A stretch of 64,000 nt of DNA, taken from contig QZIX01000012.1 in the NCBI GenBank assembly GCA_003599635.1, forward strand, positions 12,722-76,721. The letters are read 5' to 3'. Below the pieces are notes generated by a model. The model ran no database searches. It saw nothing but the letters and a program-made list of their open reading frames with translations, and was not told the DNA's origin. Source of the DNA: Candidatus Parcubacteria bacterium (lineage in GTDB: Bacteria > Patescibacteriota > Patescibacteriia > Buchananbacterales > SURF-54). This document shows positions 61,258 through 64,000 of this stretch, piece after piece (the stretch's first letter is position 1; each line of letters begins with the position of its first letter). A program made the position numbers and the translations under genes.

Positions 61258-63156
61258 ATGACATCATTTTTCAAAAAAAATAAAAATACCGGGACGGCAA
61301 AGGACAATACTGTAAAAAACGGGCTGGTTTACATTTATAAAGATGAAAACGGCAATTTGCCGGATATATCTCGCCTGGAAATTAAGAAAAAAAGCAAAAT
61401 GAAAAACTACTTTTTAAGCGGAATAATTTTAACCGGTTTAATCGGCGCTGGAATTTTTTTCGGCTACCGGATTTTAACCGGTGGAAACGGTTATCGGGGC
61501 AAAAGCCTTGATATTGAAATAACCGCGCCAAACAAAATATCTTCCGGTGACAGCGTCAATTACAAGATAAAGTACAGGAATAACGAAAATTACAGTCTGA
61601 ACAACGTCGAACTGTTTGTGCGTTTTCCCGACAATTTTAAATTTGTGTCTTCCGAGCCAAGCCCGGCTAATGATTTTAAAACTTTATGGAAGCTTGAAAA
61701 CTTGAACAAAAATGCCCAGGCGGAAATGATCATTACCGGTATAGTTATAGGGCAAGTCGGCACAGAATTAACCTTTGATCTGACCATGGCGTTTGAACCG
61801 GAAAATTTTTCTTCGACTTTCAAGGAAACAGCCTCGTTTACGCAAACCATAGAATCCACAATTATTGATTTGGAAATTACGGGCCCGGAAACAGTTCTGC
61901 CGGAAAAAAAGGTTGTTTATACTGTTAAATATAAAAATAATTCGGATAAGGAGCTGGGACGCACGCAGGTTGAAGCGATCTATCCGGAGACATTTGTTTT
62001 TCAGAAATCAGAACCGGCAAATTATGTGCCCAAAGAAAATGAGGGTGCAAGAAAATTAAATAATCTTTGGAGGTTTGAAAAGCTTGAGCCGAATTTTGAA
62101 GGCGAGATAAAAATCGACGGCGGTTATGTGTCAGATGATAATGAGGAAGAGGAATTAACCATAAAAATCGGCTTTTTAGACGAAGAAAATAATCTGTCGG
62201 TGCAGCAGGAAAAGAAAATAACAACCAGGATTTTAAAAACGGGGTTGGAAGCGGGTCTCTTAGTCAACGGTACTGACATTGGCAGTCCGGTAAATATGGG
62301 TGATACGCTTAATTTTATGGTCAATTTAAAAAATGCCGGTAGCAATGATTTGAACGGAGTCGTTTTGGAATTTAAAATTGATCCGGAATTAGTCGACTGG
62401 CAGGCAGTTTCAGGCACGGTCGGTGAAATTGACAAAAAATCGGGCGTTATCAGATGGACTGAAACGGAAATCGCCGAACTTAGTCAGTTTAAGCCGGGAA
62501 CTGAAAAGCAGCTTGAGTTCGCCCTGAAATTAAAAGAATACGATGAAGTTGATATTAAAGGCAGGTATGAAATAAAGAGTCAGGTTAAGGCAAAAATACA
62601 AAACATAAATGACATTGAGGCGGATACTGAAATTTTCAGCAATGAAACCGCCAATATAATAAACAGCCAGCTGTCTTTAAAAGCTGAAGGCAGATATTTT
62701 GACGATGACAATCAGGCGGTAGGAACGGGACCTTTGCCGCCCGTTGTCGGCGAAAAAACAACATTCAGGATTTATTGGGCAATCGCCAACAGTTTAAACG
62801 AAGTAAAAAACGTGGAAGTTACGGCGACATTGCCGGAAGGCGTCGAATTTACCGAAAAATTTATAGTCAATGCTGGAAAATTGATGTACAACGACAATTC
62901 AAAAACCATGACATGGACAGTGAGCAAAATATCAAGCAATATGGGCTATGATGATGTCAATCTTTGGTTTGATGTTGAAATTGCCCCTACCGTCAGCAAT
63001 AAAGGCAGGATAATGGTCTTGCTCACCGAAACTGAACTTGTCGCTTACGATACAAGGACAGGGGATGAAATCTTGCAGAGCCAGCCGGCAGTGACTACGA
63101 ATCTTGATGCCGACCCTGTTGCCAGGGGCAAGGGAATTATAGTCGGTTTTGAATAA
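61258..63156 (+). CDS. Membrane-anchored protein with several DUF11/CARDB-like Ig-fold repeats
   Basis: N-terminal TM. Repeats such as ISSGDSVNYKIKYRNNENYSLNNVELFV, VVYTVKYKNNSDKEL and MGDTLNFMVNLKNAGSNDLNGVVL. Confidence 0.65.
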   Translation: MTSFFKKNKNTGTAKDNTVKNGLVYIYKDENGNLPDISRLEIKKKSKMKNYFLSGIILTGLIGAGIFFGYRILTGGNGYRGKSLDIEITAPNKISSGDSVNYKIKYRNNENYSLNNVELFVRFPDNFKFVSSEPSPANDFKTLWKLENLNKNAQAEMIITGIVIGQVGTELTFDLTMAFEPENFSSTFKETASFTQTIESTIIDLEITGPETVLPEKKVVYTVKYKNNSDKELGRTQVEAIYPETFVFQKSEPANYVPKENEGARKLNNLWRFEKLEPNFEGEIKIDGGYVSDDNEEEELTIKIGFLDEENNLSVQQEKKITTRILKTGLEAGLLVNGTDIGSPVNMGDTLNFMVNLKNAGSNDLNGVVLEFKIDPELVDWQAVSGTVGEIDKKSGVIRWTETEIAELSQFKPGTEKQLEFALKLKEYDEVDIKGRYEIKSQVKAKIQNINDIEADTEIFSNETANIINSQLSLKAEGRYFDDDNQAVGTGPLPPVVGEKTTFRIYWAIANSLNEVKNVEVTATLPEGVEFTEKFIVNAGKLMYNDNSKTMTWTVSKISSNMGYDDVNLWFDVEIAPTVSNKGRIMVLLTETELVAYDTRTGDEILQSQPAVTTNLDADPVARGKGIIVGFE

Positions 63157-63157
63157 A

Positions 63158-64000
63158 ATGTTTAAGATTATAAAAAAATCAAAAAAAAGCCGCGCACGGC
63201 TTACAAGGTTGGGAACCGCTCATGGCAGAATAAGCGGCCCTTTTTTTATGACGATTGCAACCAGGGGCGCCGTAAAAAACCTTTCCGTTGACGAACTTAA
63301 GGAAACGGGTGCGGAAATTATTCTTTCTAATACTTATCATCTGCTTTTAGAGCCGGGTATGAAAATAATGGAAAAAGCCGGCGGCCTGCATAATTTTATG
63401 AACTGGCAGGGCCCGATTCTGACAGATTCGGGGGGCTATCAGGTTTTTTCTCTGTCAAAGCACAGGCAAATATCAAAACAGGGAGTCAGCTTTCATGATC
63501 CGAAAAACGGACGTAAATATTTTTTGACGCCCGAAGCGGTCATAAAAATACAGAAATCTATCGGTTCGGATATAATGATGGTATTGGATGAATGCCCGCC
63601 GTATCCAAGCACAAAAAATTATGCCAAAGATTCGCTGGAACTGACCTTGCAGTGGGCGCGCAGATGCAAAATGGCATTTACGAAATTGAAAATGACAGGA
63701 AGCCGCAGGCAGGGAGCAAAAAACCGTAAGCAGCTGCTTTTCGGTATTGTGCAGGGGGGTACGCACGAAGTTTTAAGGATTTATTCGGCCAAGGAAACCG
63801 TCAAGATCGGGTTTGACGGCTATGCTATCGGCGGCGTGGCTGTGGGCGAGCCGCAGGCTTATAGAAAACAGGTTTTGCACTGGGTAATACCCAACCTGCC
63901 GGAAAACAAACCGCGTTATTTAATGGGAGTCGGCAGGCCGGATGAAATAGTTGAGGCAGTAAAAAATGGAATTGATATGTTCGACTGCGTCATTCCCACA
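63158..64000 (+). CDS. tgt: Queuine tRNA-ribosyltransferase (tRNA-guanine transglycosylase), N-terminal 281 codons; 3' end outside window
   Basis: Open frame from the ATG at 63158 to the window end, so absent from the ORF track. Motifs LSNTYHL, LTDSGGYQVFSL, MVLDEC, FGIVQGG, GYAIGG, YLMGVG. Confidence 0.9.
   Translation, partial: MFKIIKKSKKSRARLTRLGTAHGRISGPFFMTIATRGAVKNLSVDELKETGAEIILSNTYHLLLEPGMKIMEKAGGLHNFMNWQGPILTDSGGYQVFSLSKHRQISKQGVSFHDPKNGRKYFLTPEAVIKIQKSIGSDIMMVLDECPPYPSTKNYAKDSLELTLQWARRCKMAFTKLKMTGSRRQGAKNRKQLLFGIVQGGTHEVLRIYSAKETVKIGFDGYAIGGVAVGEPQAYRKQVLHWVIPNLPENKPRYLMGVGRPDEIVEAVKNGIDMFDCVIPT

Noticed and set aside
1-64000. CRISPR arrays, rRNA genes, transposases, integrases or prophage blocks
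   Set aside because: Scanning found no short regularly spaced direct repeats, no rRNA-like conserved stretches and no transposase, integrase or recombinase-like ORFs. The only repeats seen are the intragenic ones and the 11-bp regulatory repeats listed above.

Overview
AT-rich, gene-dense window, mostly + strand. Gene content points to a small-genome Patescibacteria/CPR-type bacterium; that placement is inference from DUF4012-type and DUF11-type envelope genes, an orphan TraD/VirD4-like ATPase, PduL+AckA and tiny intergenic gaps. TAA, TAG and TGA all end recognisable genes at normal lengths, so the standard bacterial code applies. All calls come from reading the sequence and ORF translations by eye; no database search was possible.

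Housekeeping content:
- Cell wall, translation and replication: PBP fragment, murF, cysS, dus, corA, Fe/Mn SOD, dnaX, tRNA-Gln(CUG), a sigma-70 factor.
- Central block: PfkB kinase, pduL, ackA, murJ, lepA, recJ, rnhA, RNase P RNA (minus strand).
- Envelope glycan block at 54.0-63.2 kb: priming sugar transferase, three GT4 enzymes, a DUF4012-like protein and a DUF11-like protein, followed by a tgt fragment.

The main accessory region is 28.5-42.0 kb. It holds ten consecutive + strand genes that all encode secreted or membrane-anchored proteins, organised around an archaeal/ER-type (SipW-like) signal peptidase at 39359-39802.
- Three proteins share an unrecognised Asn/Gly-rich repeat module. One of them carries two copies of a very acidic 13-cysteine ladder.
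- Four proteins share a conserved motif just after the signal-peptide hydrophobic core, reminiscent of the SipW-dependent TasA/CalY class.
- Two are FN3-like tail-anchored paralogues. One is interrupted by a frameshift in an A8 run that decides whether its membrane anchor is made.
- One is a membrane CAP-domain protein.
- The locus is bracketed by two two-component systems: a 1637-aa nine-PAS kinase with an OmpR-type regulator upstream, and a kinase with two complete catalytic cores plus a CheY-like regulator downstream.
- The same 11-bp-phased direct repeat lies upstream of both the giant kinase gene and the OmpR-type regulator gene.

I interpret the locus as a candidate uncharacterised SipW-dependent surface fibre/adhesin system.

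Items missed by the ORF track: a MazG-like gene split by an in-frame TAG, two 29-aa hydrophobic peptides, RNase P RNA, tRNA-Gln, the tgt fragment, and the out-of-frame C-terminal anchor of the 37533 gene.
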